From Dudresnaya verticillata (lineage: Eukaryota), in the NCBI GenBank assembly GCA_977862235.1, contig OZ374560.1:2480001-2544000 (forward strand): a stretch of DNA of 64,000 nt, given 5' to 3'. The position numbers and the translations under genes were made by a program. The notes below the pieces were generated by a model. It saw nothing but the letters and a program-made list of their open reading frames with translations. It had not been told where the DNA came from and did no database searches. Shown piece after piece: positions 1 through 13,830 of the stretch. Each line of letters begins with the position of its first letter. Positions within the stretch are counted from its first letter, which is position 1.

Positions 1-4
1 GGGC

Positions 5-187
5 GGGGCTGACCATGCGCCTGAATGCGGCAACTTGATGTGAACGTGTCAGAACGCGGCCGGGCGCGGTGCGCAGGAGCGCGGGGAAGGGTGAGGAGGC
101 GTGTCGGGGGACTGCTGGGAGGGGCTGACCGTGCGCCCGAATGCGGCAACTTGATGTGGACGTGTCAGAATGCGGCCGGGCGCGGTG
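5..187. repeat. Imperfect 67-bp direct repeat (5-71, 121-187) in a GC-rich tract with recurrent GAATGCGG; possibly a subterminal repeat of an element extending left of the window
   Basis: ggggctgaccRtgcgccYgaatgcggcaacttgatgtgRacgtgtcagaaYgcggccgggcgcggtg occurs twice, 116 bp apart; GAATGCGG recurs to ~505. Confidence 0.6.
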
Positions 188-789
188 AGCGGGGAAGGGT
201 GACGGCGAGGTGTGGGTGAACGGCAGGGAGCGTGAGACAGAGTGCGGTCACAGTCCGGACTGGGGCGGGGAGCGGCACTACGGGTCTGGGAGGGGGTGGG
301 GAAGCGCGGCTCATTACGCGCAAGGCAGAAGCAGAGCGCGTGCGCACGCGCCGGAATGCGGAATGTGTGGGCCAGTAGCAGCACCAGGAAGGGTGATGGT
401 GGTAGTGGCTGTCGGACGTGAGGAGGTGGCCGAGCGCGCGTCGGAATGCGGTGGGAAGCCAAGTCCGAGCGCGTCGGAATGCGGCGGGAAGTCGCCAGAA
501 TGCGGTGTGCGGTCGGGGGGCGCGGGCGGCGGGACGGGGCAGAATCAATTTCTGGAGAATTTTTAATTGGAACTTTTCGGAAAAATCACACCTTTCGGGA
601 ACTTTCGACCCCGGGGGGCCCATATGCCGGAGTGCATAACTCCGAAACTATTTGCGTTTGCTCCGATCTGTTTGCACCACCATTCTCAGGGTAGCGCCCC
701 CTTTTCCAACGCGCTATCGAACGCCGGGATTCAAGGACCCTCAAAAAATTCTGTTCTGTTTTGGAAATTCTGTAGCCGGCGAAATTAGT

Positions 790-2724
790 GTTCAAGGTCT
801 GCCGGTCGCCTTCAGTCAAGCGTACCTCGCATTCTGAGCAAGAAAATATTTCACTGGTGAACTCATCATCATCTAAATCAAGTGTTTTCAGAAACAATCT
901 AAATGCTTCATTGACGCGTTCTCTCGCTGCTGAAGCCTCTTCAAACGCACACTTCAAAGGGAAGGGAGGAGCTTCGTCCAACATTCCACGATATAGAGAC
1001 TTCATAATTGAGTAGGAACCGCGCAATGCTACCCCTTGCCGAGCAGTTCCATCCACCATTGTGTAGAGAAATGATGTAGTGAATGCTGAGTCCGGTCGGA
1101 ATGGGAAGATAGCATCCCAGGCACCCGTGTAGTAGTTCCATTTCCTGCAAGCTAGCATGGGACACTTCCAATCTCCGAAGAAAACCACAACCCTTTCCCT
1201 CGCCAAAGTATGAAGGCTGACCTGTCTGTAGACAAAAAACGGATTTGTTACTGTTAGGTCGCAGTGTCTGCAAACGGTATCCTCATCACGCAAACGTATC
1301 TTTTTGGCCAGTCTTTTCGTGGCTTTCCGTTCTCCTTCACGAGGAAGAAGCGGTCGGATTGTATTAGTCCCGGCGTACTTCATGTCATCGGCATTTGTGG
1401 CAGATGGAAGACGACTAGCCGGTGTACCGGAGGTTGCCATTGTAGAAGGATTTTCAGAAACAGTTTCAGAAACACCAGCAGAAGACTTGCAAGTTCTTTC
1501 ATGGTTGCATGAAACTCTTCGCTCCGAGGAACCTCTACACATGAAACAACGGAAATCCTTTCTCCTCTCCTTCAGGATCGGAACAAACAGATGTCGTTTC
1601 GTATCATATGATATCCAGAATGCCCAAGCTAGGGCCCCAAGATTATCACTGCGGCTTCTCAACCAAGGTTGGGCCCTTATCACAAGCTCAATTAAAGGAG
1701 GGCGACCATTCTCACTCAGAACCGTTGTCTTGTACTTGCCTACCTTTTCAGGGTCCTGAAACGTACTGTGAAATATTCTATACAGACCTTCATGGCTCAT
1801 ACAGACTTTTCATCATCGCATTTGAATGCGATAGACGAGCGCATACCTTGAGAGACGTTGGGAACAGAATTGGCATACATAGAATCACAGGAGCACGTCA
1901 CGCTGAGAACTCCGGTCCCCTGCTTGCGAATAGTTACGCAAACAGGTCTAGGGGGCTTCTTCATGACTTGCCATAGAACTGCAATTGCGAGCTCATTAAC
2001 ACCGTTAACCTCGCTCAGAGCAGCCATTGCTGCAACTTGCCGACCTTCGAACTGATTGTGCAGCAAACGCATCTCAATGCCATCTCTCCGGCTATGAGCA
2101 ATCCATAAAAAGCAGCGCATGCACTCGCGCATAGCCCTGCTCATCAACTCTTGCTCGTTCAATCTGCTCGCAGGAACTGACGTTCTACCGTTGGATGTCC
2201 GTTGTATTTTCTGCGCGGGTTCTGTAAATGGTACCGTCTCATGCCATGGCATACTCCGCATAGGCTGGGCATCTGCATCTTCCGCGGAACCTGTTCTTGG
2301 TGCGGATATATCGTTGTTTGCGTCGCTGGGTTCGTCAGCTGACGGAATACACGGAAATGACCCCTCCTCTCCCTGGCCCCCATTTACTGCATGGGGATGA
2401 AAACTTTGCCCAGTCAAGTCTAGCTCGATGACAGGTCTCCCACTTTCTGATATCGTGTGCCTGCAGTTAGAAATGACACCTCTACTGAATGCATTGAATG
2501 AAGCACTGGAGAACTGGACAGTGTTCACAGTAGCAGTGACTTTTCCTCCTTTCAACGTAGTCCTCATGGTTTTTGATTCCCTGAAGGCCGAATCCGGGAA
2601 AGCCCAGATTGCTTTTCGCTTCATTTCCATCGTTTTTGCGATGGACCCTGTTAGCGATACTATCGCTGGCTATTAGCCCTGAGCAGGGATCTATGAAGAG
2701 TTCTTCAAAACCCTGCTCTTCCAA
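790..2724 (-). pseudogene. Fragmented Cys-rich protein resembling the N-terminal (SWIM/CxC-like) part of a KDZ (Kyakuja-Dileera-Zisupton) transposase, truncated near 790
   Basis: ORFs 1797-2630 and 586-1800 contain VTCSC, CFMC..SCNHERTC, CRHC, WKCPMLACRKWNYYTG..AIF and FSCSECE, a Cys-cluster order seen ahead of KDZ catalytic domains. No DDE core is visible, and the sequence changes character below ~790. Confidence 0.4.
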
Positions 2725-3509
2725 ACAAAACGTGTTTCAGAAACTATTTGTACTTCCGAGCTTGCTTATATGAATATGGAATAACTTGTGCGCTCAGATG
2801 TCGAAATGAATTGAACAGAAACACACACCGGTGTCAGAAACTCAGACAAGTCGGGCAAGAGAGATAGGTCAGAGCAGCTGCGGTCCTAGGACAGAGCTGA
2901 GCGGCGCGGGACGGAAACGTTGACACGGTTAACCAGACCAACTGGGCCTGCGAGTGGCACACGCGTGTGTTTGCCGCCGTGGGAAGGGGTTTCAGAAAGC
3001 GAAAGCGATCCCCGGCCCCGCGGGCGTTAGAAGACGCGCAGGCGCTCTCGTATAGTGATTCATGTGGGGGGCCTCACAGGGCCTTGTGAGAGGGATGATG
3101 CACTTTGCGGAACTCTGAGGCCCACCTGTGAGTGACTCGGGAGAAGCAAAAAAATTATTTGATCCGCCTCTTGAATTAGCCACGGTATTACTTTGATCAC
3201 ATGCCAAGTGCCCTGTAGATGTTCGTCACCCTACTTGCAAACCATACTCGAGTATACCTTGGCCAAGGGCTCATGAATCAGTGCGATTGAGGCGGGCATG
3301 CGTGGAGTGCATTCCTTTACGGCTCCCCGCTTTGGCGCACCATCACATACCCACGGGAAGCTGCATTCAGATAGTCTTGTTTCTGAAACACACTCATCTA
3401 CTGACATTTGCTCTACGCGCAAAAGCGCACGCGAGCGAGGCGCGTTTGACTGACTATTATCCAAATGGCACAACCAAACAACACCACGGAAAGGAATGCA
3501 ATATATCTC

Positions 3510-4281
3510 TGTAGTATAGCTGTCAGCACCCTACCAGCAGCGGCTGTAAGGTATGCTGGCAGCCTTGCACTGTAATGGTGCACACGATGACGCCCGCTGG
3601 CGAGTCGTGGTTGGGCAGCGTGCCCTTAGTTTTTTGTTGAATTAGTAGCGGTCGACCGCATTGCTGCCGGCAGCGGCCGCGCGCCGTGCCGCAAACGACG
3701 CGCCCCTGTGACGCTCTCCGGCATCGAGCTGTTGAGAGGGCCGCTGCCCGTTACGCCCCGCGCGCGCCCACGGGTAACCGTTACCCGGACGTGTCGACAC
3801 GTGTATGGGCGCGCGCTCGCACACCTCCCCCGTTGGTATTGTGGGGCGCACCTACTGTAGAAGTAGTCGTAGTGCACATAGTGTAGGGTATTTAAGACCG
3901 TCGGCCATCGACGGCTCAGTAATCCGGGCAAGCAACAGCTCGCGCTGAAGCTTGCCCCCAGACTTTTCGGGTTCGATCCCTTTGCCTTACGCCAGCGGGC
4001 GGTTTCCCTTTTCCCCTTGCCTCGCTAGGCTTTCCCCTTTCCTTTTTCTTTCCGTCGGCTTCGTGCCGCCCTTCGACAGGGACGCTGGGATCCGACCGCT
4101 GCCTACCCGCGTACGGTACGCCCCGTGCGCGCTCCGGCATCGACGCCGTCGATCCGCACCTGCGGGGCGCACGCCGCCGACACCGCTCTACCAACCCCAA
4201 CAGCTACCCATCGACGGGTCTCTGTGGCGGCTTCGGACCAGCAAGTATCAGACGTCGGATCGACCCGACGTCTATACTACA
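3510..4281. mobile_element. Solo LTR (772 bp), family C
   Basis: Perfect 10-bp terminal inverted repeats TGTAGTATAG...CTATACTACA; 5-bp target-site duplication ATCTC at 3505-3509 and 4282-4286. Confidence 0.9.
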
Positions 4282-5923
4282 ATCTCGATTCTGAATCCAG
4301 TTCGATTGTCCTGTTTCCAGGAGCCGAAGAGCTGGTGGATGCTGCAAAGACTGCCGAGGAGAAAAATGAGAATACGCGGATACATATTCTTAAAGAGGTA
4401 TCGTCGGGAAATAGTCGTCATTTCACGGTAGTGTATTCAAGGACCGTCTCTTTCAGAGATGAGCGCAGTCTGGAAAGTCAGTACATCTCAGCTTCTCTCG
4501 CAATGTTTCTGTCAATCCTACAATTCAATCAGCTGAAGACGCAGAGGTAAGTAGTGTTACGCGGGTTTCCATACAAACAGCAAGCGAGAAGTGCACAATC
4601 CCAGACTAGTTTCCTGGTCAAAAGCGAACGGGAGGCGATTCAAAAGGTACGCTTGCGATCCTAGCGTCTGCAGCGACGAAGTTTATCCGTCTGTCCTCGG
4701 AAATTAGGATGTGGCTGTATGAAGTATTCTTCTCACAGGCTTTCAAGAAGGCTAAAGATGAGAGTAGAGTTTCAGACACACAGATGAGATACAGAACGTT
4801 CACACCTCCGTGGATGAGAAGGACATTGATTTTCGGACAAACGTCAAACACTGGCACGGCTGCAGTTACTCCCACCAGACGTGCGAGGAACGCGAAAGAA
4901 GGGGAACGGATTGCATTGATATTGGCAGCTTTCTACGTCATGGAGGAAGCTTTCGCTAAGCATACACTGGACTAGCTCATTGAGAATTCTGAGATGTTGC
5001 CCGCAGGCAGCAGAAGCAACCGACATGACAGTAGGATCGAAACTGCATCCGCACGACGCAACCAGCAGAAAAATACTCGCACGCCTACGAGAACGAGCAG
5101 CATGCCCGAAGTCAGAAATGCGACTGATTCCATGCCTCCTGCTGCTGGTGCTATAAACAAACATCCGATACCACTACGGTCAGATGGTGCCAACGGACTT
5201 GAGCCGTCCCGGTCGCCTTCTAGAATCGAACAACGACCTTCGTTGACGGCCATTGTCAATCGTACTTCGGAAAAACAAAGTACGCCTAGACCAAGGTCGT
5301 ACAGGATATTCCCACCCCGTACACCTTCCATCACCCCATCCAGTGGATCAGAAACACTCTCTCAGTCATTACATCCGGAAGCTTCCCCGCAGCTTAGAGT
5401 TTCAGAAAACACGCATGGTATCGGAATCGCTGCAGCAGCAGCTGCACCCAGTCCAAGAGTAAGAGCACAGGGTCTTCCTCCGACTCAATAACTGGCCTCA
5501 AAAGGAACTCGCGCGAGGTTCCTATCCACAGGGAGAACCACATCACGGCAAACAGTTGTGCAACGCTCCCCAATAATATTAACTCATGAGATACCGCGGC
5601 AACTCCCCATGTCTGAGTCGAACGCCAGCGAAAGCTATTTGCAACTGCTGGGTGCGTACGACCAACACTCCCTGGAACCTACTGATCATACCAAGAAGAG
5701 ACAAAGGGTCGACGGTACTCCAAGCAGAGTTAATCGCAGCAATAGACATATCTTCATGAGAGAAACGAATTGTAAGTACGCAAATGAAGCCCCATCAACA
5801 GGGGACGCGGGATTCGGAGAATGCCCGGAGTGCTTTCAGAAGACTCACTGGGATTGTTCAGAGGTCTTCGGTAGGAAATGTGAGCTCTGCGACGGATACC
5901 TACAGCCAATGTTTAAGCAGTAA
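4282..5923 (+). pseudogene. Fragmented gene (interrupted upstream by the solo LTR) with a Ser/Pro-rich linker and a C-terminal PHD/RING-like Cys-His finger
   Basis: Chain of + strand ORFs 4125-4550, 4709-4975, 4994-5491 and 5558-5923; the last ends CKYA..GECPECFQKTHWDC..KCELC. Confidence 0.35.
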
Positions 5924-8900
5924 AGAAATTAATTTGTTCCAGAGAATAGTTCTGTGCCACTTCCCCCAGTCCACAGCTTTGTAAACCCAGTATGTCCGAA
6001 ACTGCGCGCAGCTGCTCCGAAAACGCTGGAACATGACTGTGCACTCGTCATCGATACCTCGGTTTCGCGAAATGGTTCCTTCCCCTGCGGGCCCACAGGT
6101 TGCTGGATTGTGTGTGTCAGAAACGCACTCTGTTTGTATCAGAAACTGAATTTGTGCGTGTGCGTGCGTCTACTTGAGCGTGTGCCTGCGCCCGCTTCAG
6201 ACGAAATGTGATTGTGTGTGCATGTGCTCGAACATTTGAATGTCCGCCGAGACGGATGCCTACTCGACGAGCTCGTCATGCGTCTGCAGACTAGTCTGCA
6301 GCCGCATGCGTTGCACAGTACTCGGCAGCACGTGATACCTGTATACATTCTTGTCTTTGCCCGTTTGTGTGATAAGTCATCTTTTGCGTGGGTGCTCGTT
6401 TGACTGTGTGTTTCCATGTCTGCTTATGTGTGAGATCGTATGTTTGTTCTGGTGTGTGTTGCAGAAACTCAGATGTTGCAATAGTGTGGACAATGCTCCT
6501 CATTACCGTGTATCGTATTGCCTTGGGCTCGGATCTGCTAGCGGAGTGAGGCAGAGCTCTGGAGGCATTTTACGGGCATTTTGGGCAGCCTAATCTGACG
6601 GCATCATATGAAAATCGGGATCAAATGCCCTAGAATCCGGATCCATGTCTGAAACCACCTGCATAGTGCATGCCGGTCTTTGGTTGTTTGCGCCCTAATA
6701 CTAGTCACCGATGCGTGCTATTTTGGTGTTTCTGAAACCGAGCAAACAAAGGACGGTAATGGAATGGTTTAAAGCTGGAAGTTGTGCAGGACAGGCAGTT
6801 ATTCATTGAGTATCAGAAACACTTTCGAAACGACAACTTTGAACTGTCACTGGGGCTTGAGGAAAGCAATTTCCTTCCGAAAAACTTCAGAAAAGGTCTC
6901 TCCAGCACCCCTAGAATACACAGTGAGCGTCTCAAGAAGTTATGCTGGAAGCTGTGTTTCTGAAAACCTTTTGGTAGAACTGTTGCACTCATCGTCCATG
7001 ATACCTTTGCCTGTTCCTTTCTAACAAATCGAAAAGAGTTTCAGTCAAACACTTTCCAATTGTCTCTAATAGCCCAGAGCATTGTAGTGCAACTGTGAAA
7101 GGGCTGTTTGTATGATGTGAAACCCCCTTACCTCGCTGTAATGTATGTTTATGCAGTCATTTCGGTTGCAAAATTCTACAGACCGGTACTTTAAAGGGAT
7201 TCGTGTTTTCGTTTCTGAAAACCCTTTCAGTAAAACCAGGGAACAATACCAAACCATTGGATATCGTTATATGGGTGTCAGAAGATGTCTGTAAAGCTCC
7301 AGGATGGACAGTACTGCTACTCAGCACTCAGCAGAGTACTAAGGTCAAGACGTAACGAGCATAAAACGTCTTGTGTTACAGAGGTACTACAGGGTGTTTG
7401 TGATGTCTTGAAGTGTTTCAGAAACATATTAAGTGGCTAACTGACATGGGAGGCTGCGTTGGAGTATTGTGACATTTGTCACCATGGCTGTTATACACTC
7501 CCGGTTTAAGGTTCTCATGTTCTCGTGGCCCCACATTACATATATTCATTACCCCTTCTCACGTGAGGTAAGAGTGTCAGGAAACAAAGAGAAGCAGAAG
7601 ATACAGGAGGATTCAAACATCATGTGTTTTGAGACGGGTGGCTCTCTTCTTGCCACGTTGAATGCCCGAGAGTTTTCTTCGACACAACAAACCCCTCTTA
7701 TGCTGGGGCAATGCAGAGAGACTGTTTTTTGGAAACTAAGAGACATGGGCAAGCTGTTCCAGCAGCATTGGAGATAATGTCCTTGGAAACAGCCCGTTTC
7801 AGTCCCCATTTGCACGTTTCCTCTCGTTTTTCTTGAGCAGAGAGATTCATTGCGACCTTACTGAGATGTTTGGGCCCGATTGTCGGAATAAATTTGCCAA
7901 CAAGGTTCATTTTCTGCAGTTGTCCTCACAAGAAGGGTCTCGACGAAGGCGTCTTCGCCAACTATCGATGCCGTCACGAGTCAGGAGGTGTGACATGGAG
8001 GCAGTTCTCAGATGTCGAATGAAACGTGTAACAATAGCCATACAGTGCAATAATGGGCTCTTACACTAACAGAACCTTACAGAATGCTGACAGCACTGGC
8101 TTTCACCATCTGACGCTCCAACGGTACTCTGACATGACTGGCTCATTGTGCCAATTGGCTACTTCGTAATTCCATGTGGTGCCCTGTCTTCGCGAGTTTC
8201 CACTGTGTGGTGAATTCACTTCTAAGTGCAGATTGCACGGACTTTTGATCCGCAGTGATCCGTGATGCCCTCACACGCGCGTGTACAGTGTGCACACACG
8301 CGTATAGCAATGCCATGACAATGCATGTTGCCCTGCCCGAAAGCCCAGGATTTTACCGCGGTAACACGACCTGACTCGGCTCTAGCCGCGGCCGCGCCAA
8401 CTTGGAAGAAAACACCGAAACTCAATCGTCACATCGACTAACGGTCCTGGCCACACCGACTGCCGAGTCCTCTTCAGCGCATGCGCTGCAGTGTTTCGAC
8501 CCTGCAACCCTTTTCCGCCTTCCACACCAACTCACAATTCTCGCGCACGAGTTTTCTGACACTTAGCTTCCTCCTTTCTAGTCTTTCTGCTTTGCTCACT
8601 GTGACACGAGCGTACGCTCGTGATTTCACCACCGACATTGTGGTACAGTCCGCAGTCCGCGCGGTGGCGCGCGGTGGCAACTGAAAATCCTCGTTGAGTT
8701 TCAGACACTCAGAACCCACACGCCCGCAGCTGCGCCTAGGCAAACAGGCCAGTCTGCCCCCCACGTTGCTTTTCGAACACCACGAATTCGCTTAATCTTA
8801 CTGCCTCCACCTCTACACAGACGCTTTGTGCTTGTTTACACGCGTTAGTTCTGCAACAGGAATTTCCCTCGAGGGTGTCGATCGACGGGAAGACCACGGA

Positions 8901-9197
8901 GAGTTTCTGAAACCAGAAGCCCTTCCGGAAAGGTCACTCGCAGCCGCGGCTCATCAGCCCGAGCTACACATAAGGCTGTTCAAGACAACTGTTGGTACGA
9001 TTCTTCCCTTTAACCGGTGCGACACAACCCGGAAACTCCTATCCGTGTATCCGTGTTTCTGAGACTCCTTTCGGCGCATCGCGTGACGGTGGCTCCAATA
9101 CAGATATCTCTGTATCGGTGTTTGAGAAAATCTCATTTGGTGCCCTAGGGCACAACCAAGCTTGGTTGCCCTTGGCTTACAATTCTACTGTGTTTCG

Positions 9198-12100
9198 ATG
9201 GATTCTTTGTGGTCTGCTCTTCAGAAAGTGCAGGAGAAAGTCTCCATTGTGAGCCTCGAGGCTCACTCCGCCCAAGAGAACAGTGCCCTCGTTGACCGTC
9301 TTCTCACTGAGAGAGCTTCCAACTATGACTACGTGGCTGCATTTCCCGCGATCGCTGACGCTATGGGTACTTCTTCAAACGCCGTTCGTGCTGTTCTGTA
9401 CAGCACGCGGCTGTTCCAGGTTCCCAACATCAGGTCGTTCCTAAGTGCGGAAGCAAGTTCCCTTCGTGTGTTTCAGAAACGTGAGATCTACGAGTTGGGG
9501 GAGAGAGGGCACGATATGGCATTGCTCACGGCATTCGCCTCCACGCAAGAGCGGTTGATTTCAAGCAACTCTGATGTTGACAGCTTGGCTAGGAAATTCG
9601 ACCAGGCTTCCAGGGATGCAGTTGCGTTCGCATTCTTGCGCGCCGCAGAGTTTTCCACTTCCATGTGTGGTTACCTCGAGGCCTATGCTGATAAAGCGAC
9701 CTTGAATGATGTTTCAGATACAATACGTTCATATAAAGAGCCCTTCTGGGGTACTGGTGAGATGCGCAAGCAGGAGAAGCCCTTATTCAGTCTAAGGGGT
9801 ATGCGAATTGGCTGGGACATGACAAACAAGGTCATTATGGCGTTTTGTGATGATCTGGTTTGGAATGTCACGCAACAGGACAGATCAGAGCACGTCAAGC
9901 TCCCTGACTGGAAGAAGGAGGCAACGAACTGGTGTAGAGTGGTAATACAGGAAATTATTGTCTGGATGTTCTTGCGTGTCGGCCAATTCACGCTTTCCGG
10001 AATGGATCTGTTGAAGAACCAAGTCGGAAGGGCTTGGGAGCGGCTCGCTGAGACTCTTATTCGCACTTTCGATGAGGATGAAATATTGCCGGACGCCAAC
10101 AGCACACTGCATTGGAACGTTGTCAACTACGCACTACAAGATCGCGTTTCGCAAGAGGACACTACCGTCCTGACAGGTGGGGGGCTTTTCGTTCGGTTCT
10201 CTTTGGACCAGGATACTTTCGCTCGTGTTTTTCGGCGAACGAGAACGCATACATCAACGCCAAGAGTTTCAGAAACTGCTCCAAGGAATTTCCGAAACCA
10301 TATGGCCCCACCACCACCAAGTGATAACGGCAGTCATGCAGGGTCGCCTTGGATGGGGAATCATGAACACGCAGGGCGGGGCACATATTCACATAGAGGA
10401 AGGGTACATTCGGGTGGCCGCGGTATTGGTAGAGGAAGTGATGCGCACTGGGATGCGCATGCGCAGCAGTACAACCCCCGGGGTCAAGGCCGTGGATCCG
10501 GACCGGCCGTGGCCGGCCGCGGTCGCTGGTAATTCCATGACCGGGTCCGTGACTCAGCCTATTCCCAAAGTCCATGGACTGCAGAATATTGGCCGGGGTA
10601 CGCAGGCCCGAATAAGCGGCGCAGGATGGAACCTGAATTTGGCGTTGAAGATCCCAGGCATCCAGGTTACAGATATCATCAGGCCCATTTGAGAGAGCAA
10701 GAAAGGCGTGTGGGAAGGGAAGAGATCATGAAATCTGCTGGACTCCCACCGAGCACACCTCCTGAGGTTTTCGAGAAGAAATATCGTGAGGACATCCAAG
10801 CGCTTCGCAACTTCCTTACCAATCGCCCGTTAGACGCTAAGCGATTCGAGTACGATGTCCCAGATTCGGACAATGAGGACATGCGATTGTACAATGAATT
10901 GTACGGAGACGTTGACAACGACCCGGCCGAAATCAGGCAGAGAGGTCGAGTCATCAGGAGGTCCGCAATTGGTTTTGAGTATGATGTCCAAGTTCTATAC
11001 TCCCAGATAACTTCCTGGGTATTGATGTTTCCGAAACAAACAACCACGTTATAATGGGTAATGACTTTGGTCCCGTGAATCCAGAGGGGGACGGGTTTCT
11101 ATCTCAGCTTCTGCACACAAACATAAACATGTTCTACCGAGGAGCGAGTTGGATTCGCGATTCCGTGTGCTACGCTACGCATTGGAAAGCTCTGCAGTAC
11201 ATGGAAATTCGTACATACCTTAAAATGAGTATCACTCAGAGATACCGAGGCATGATATCATCCCCGCTTGAATTCCGGAGTCGAGCACACGCTGGTGGGA
11301 CAAGTTCACCCTTCGTTGAACTCGAACTTGAAGATGTGTCCCATTCCACATTTGTGACGAACTTTCGCGCTTCTGCGGTGAAGTCCAAGGAGTCTCAGAG
11401 ACTAGTAGATGAATTTCCGGGAATGACAGTTTGCATTGGGTTCTTCCGAGTTTGTGACACGGAAAACCGAAGGAAGGTTGCTGGTCCCGTCAACTCAGCG
11501 CTTTTTCTGTTAATTGTGCGCTCGATCAACCTGTTGAGACTGCCAGAGAGTGATGCAGAGTCTACGGACGTGCAAATTGTTGCTAAGGTCGTAGGAAACA
11601 AGCAGTTGGTGAAATCCTGGAAAGAAGGACCTGAACCAAAAGACATCTGATGTCTCGCGCCGTTGGTTGTTCTAACCCCGCAGCAGCGCATGTTTCGTGC
11701 AGTGCATGAGTCGGAGATGTTACCAAAGTTTCTGAAACAACTCCTATTTTCCCAAACACGCCACAAAAGCCCAGAGACAAGCGATGATACCCCCTTAGAC
11801 TTGCTGGGGGAAGGTGTGGACCCAGGTTGCCTCGAGTATGTATCTAATTTGGGCAGACATGAGGCAAATTATTCACAAAAACGCGCCTTGCTGACCTTTC
11901 TAAGATTGGTAGGAGATGCCGAAGCCCGCTCTAGCTCAGTTTCTGAAGTTATGGACCCCCTGGCACCGGTAAGACAACTGTGATATTGTCGGCCATCGGT
12001 GCCCTTTTGCACCATTCGCGTGTCGGCCACATTAGGGAAGGGGTTGTTGCGGAGAACGCTCTCAAAAGAGAAGATGGAGTCCTGAGATACTCAAAACAAT

Positions 12101-13745
12101 CTACAAATCCATTCGGGATGCGCATCTTGGTTTGCTGCAGCTCAAATCAGGCAGCGGACAATGTTGCGCTGAAGCTCAAGGACGGAGTCCCTGATGGACA
12201 CGGAGGGCGGCGCCATATCAACTTTGTCAGGATCGGCCGCAAAAAGTACGATTATGGAGAGTTGCAGAAACACTCAGCTACCGAACTTGCTCTACCATAT
12301 GACAACGAGTTGTACAACGTACCTGGCCCTGATGATGAGCCCCGCACTAACCCTTCAAGAAAGGCATTGGGCCAGATGATACAAGAGTCAGTTGTTGTGC
12401 TGTGTACCTCTTGAAAATCTGGAAGCAACCTCTTCTCAAACATGAAGCCGTACTTTGGGTCTATGTGTTTCGTAGTGATCATTGACGAGGCTGCCCAGTC
12501 CTGGGAGCCTGAGTCATTGGTTCCCATTACTGCTCTCGGGTGCAAGAGGAATGTTTCTGAAACTCTACACATCTTGCTTGTCGGTGATGATCATCAGCTC
12601 CCACCAGTACTGATGATGGAGAATGATGTCCAAGGAGTCCTGCACACAATGCGCGTCAACTTCTCGTTCCGACACCAAAAGACTTCTTTGTTCGAGCGTC
12701 TGATGAGGCAACAGGCTTGCCCTGTTGCTTGGATAGTTGAGCAGTATCGCTCGCATCCTGGAATTGCTTTCATTCAGACGTATCTGACTTATAGAAATCG
12801 TGTGAAGTCACCGGTAGATGTTTCGAGGTACAACAAAGTGTACAACGACGAGAAAAAGATGCAGTTAGCCCCACTAACGTTTGTGGATACTGTGCGACTG
12901 TCCACTCGTTTCGAGACGAGGAACGCCCTAACTCCGGAAAATATATCAACAAGTGCGAGGCACGGCTCGTTAGACTGGTTCTACAGCGCGTATGGGATCT
13001 TGCACCATCTGAGCTTCGCGGGAAGATTGCAATCCTATCACCCTACAGGAGCCAAGTTGAGTTTCTGAAACACTTTCTCAATATGCCCGGTGGCGTTCTT
13101 GATGGAATTGCAGAAGAAAACCCGGCAGTGCTTATTGACACCGTTGATGCTCTGCAAGGATCGGAGAGACGAGTCGTCATCCTTTCCATGACTCGCAGCA
13201 ACACGCAAAGTAATATTGGCTTCCTCAAGGATCGGAGGAGGATAAATGTTGCATCAAGCAGAGCGATCATTTTGCTCGTTATTGCTGGCGATGGCAGTAC
13301 GCTCAAGGGTGAGAAACAAATCGGAGATTGCGAGCGGGACCCCTCTCTGAACTGTGATCGGATTGGTAACGTGTACCACATCAATCATTTCTGGAGGAGC
13401 TGCCTGGATGGGCTTCACGGCTCCAGGTTGTGGTTTGTTAAACCGCAAACGCCGGAAGAGGTAGATCCACTTACATCTCCCTATGTTGAGCAGAACTATT
13501 TGATCGAAGAAGGTGCTGTGAATGGTTCTGTGGACAACTTAAGTCCATCCAAAGGAAAAGCTGGGCTTACGCCCTCTATATTGCAGGGTGCTGTGGTTAC
13601 TGACACACAAGCAGACAAACTGGAAGCTTCAGGTGCCCCTGTTACATATAGCACGGTGACTGGAGCAGGTGCTGGAAACGGTGCGAATACTCAGACAGTG
13701 CCTGAAAAAGTCCCAGATAGTGACAATAGCAAGGAACGTGAGTAG
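9198..13745 (+). pseudogene. Upf1/Sen1(NAM7)-like superfamily 1 helicase with an N-terminal extension and RGG-rich linker; inactivated
   Basis: Walker A GPPGTGKT (11953-11976), RILVCCSSNQAADN, IIDEAAQ, LVGDDHQLPP, SLFERL, QYRSHP, TVDALQGSE and RRINVASSRA. In-frame stops at 10530, 11648 and 12412; frame breaks near 11054, 11945 and 12930-13070. Confidence 0.88.
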
Positions 13746-13830
13746 CGCGCTGCATGTTTGCACTGGTTGTCATGGTGAGGGTAGTACGGAGTGGTTATGT
13801 GCAGGTCGTGTCTGGTGGCGTACTGCAATG

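Larger units (their letters stand above)
885..13071. repeat. Dispersed 11-bp palindrome GTTTC(A/T)GAAAC
   Basis: Perfect copies at 1463, 2734, 3379, 6728, 7415, 8903, 9470, 10266, 11728, 12553 and 13061, a central-C variant at 11027, and many one-mismatch copies (e.g. 885, 1451, ~4769, ~5399, ~6956, 7211, ~8698, ~9055). Confidence 0.9.

Noticed and set aside
9198..13745. Helicase stops as read-through or an alternative genetic code
   Set aside because: Both TAA and TGA occur together with frameshifts, and neighbouring intact genes use the standard code; this is ordinary pseudogenisation.
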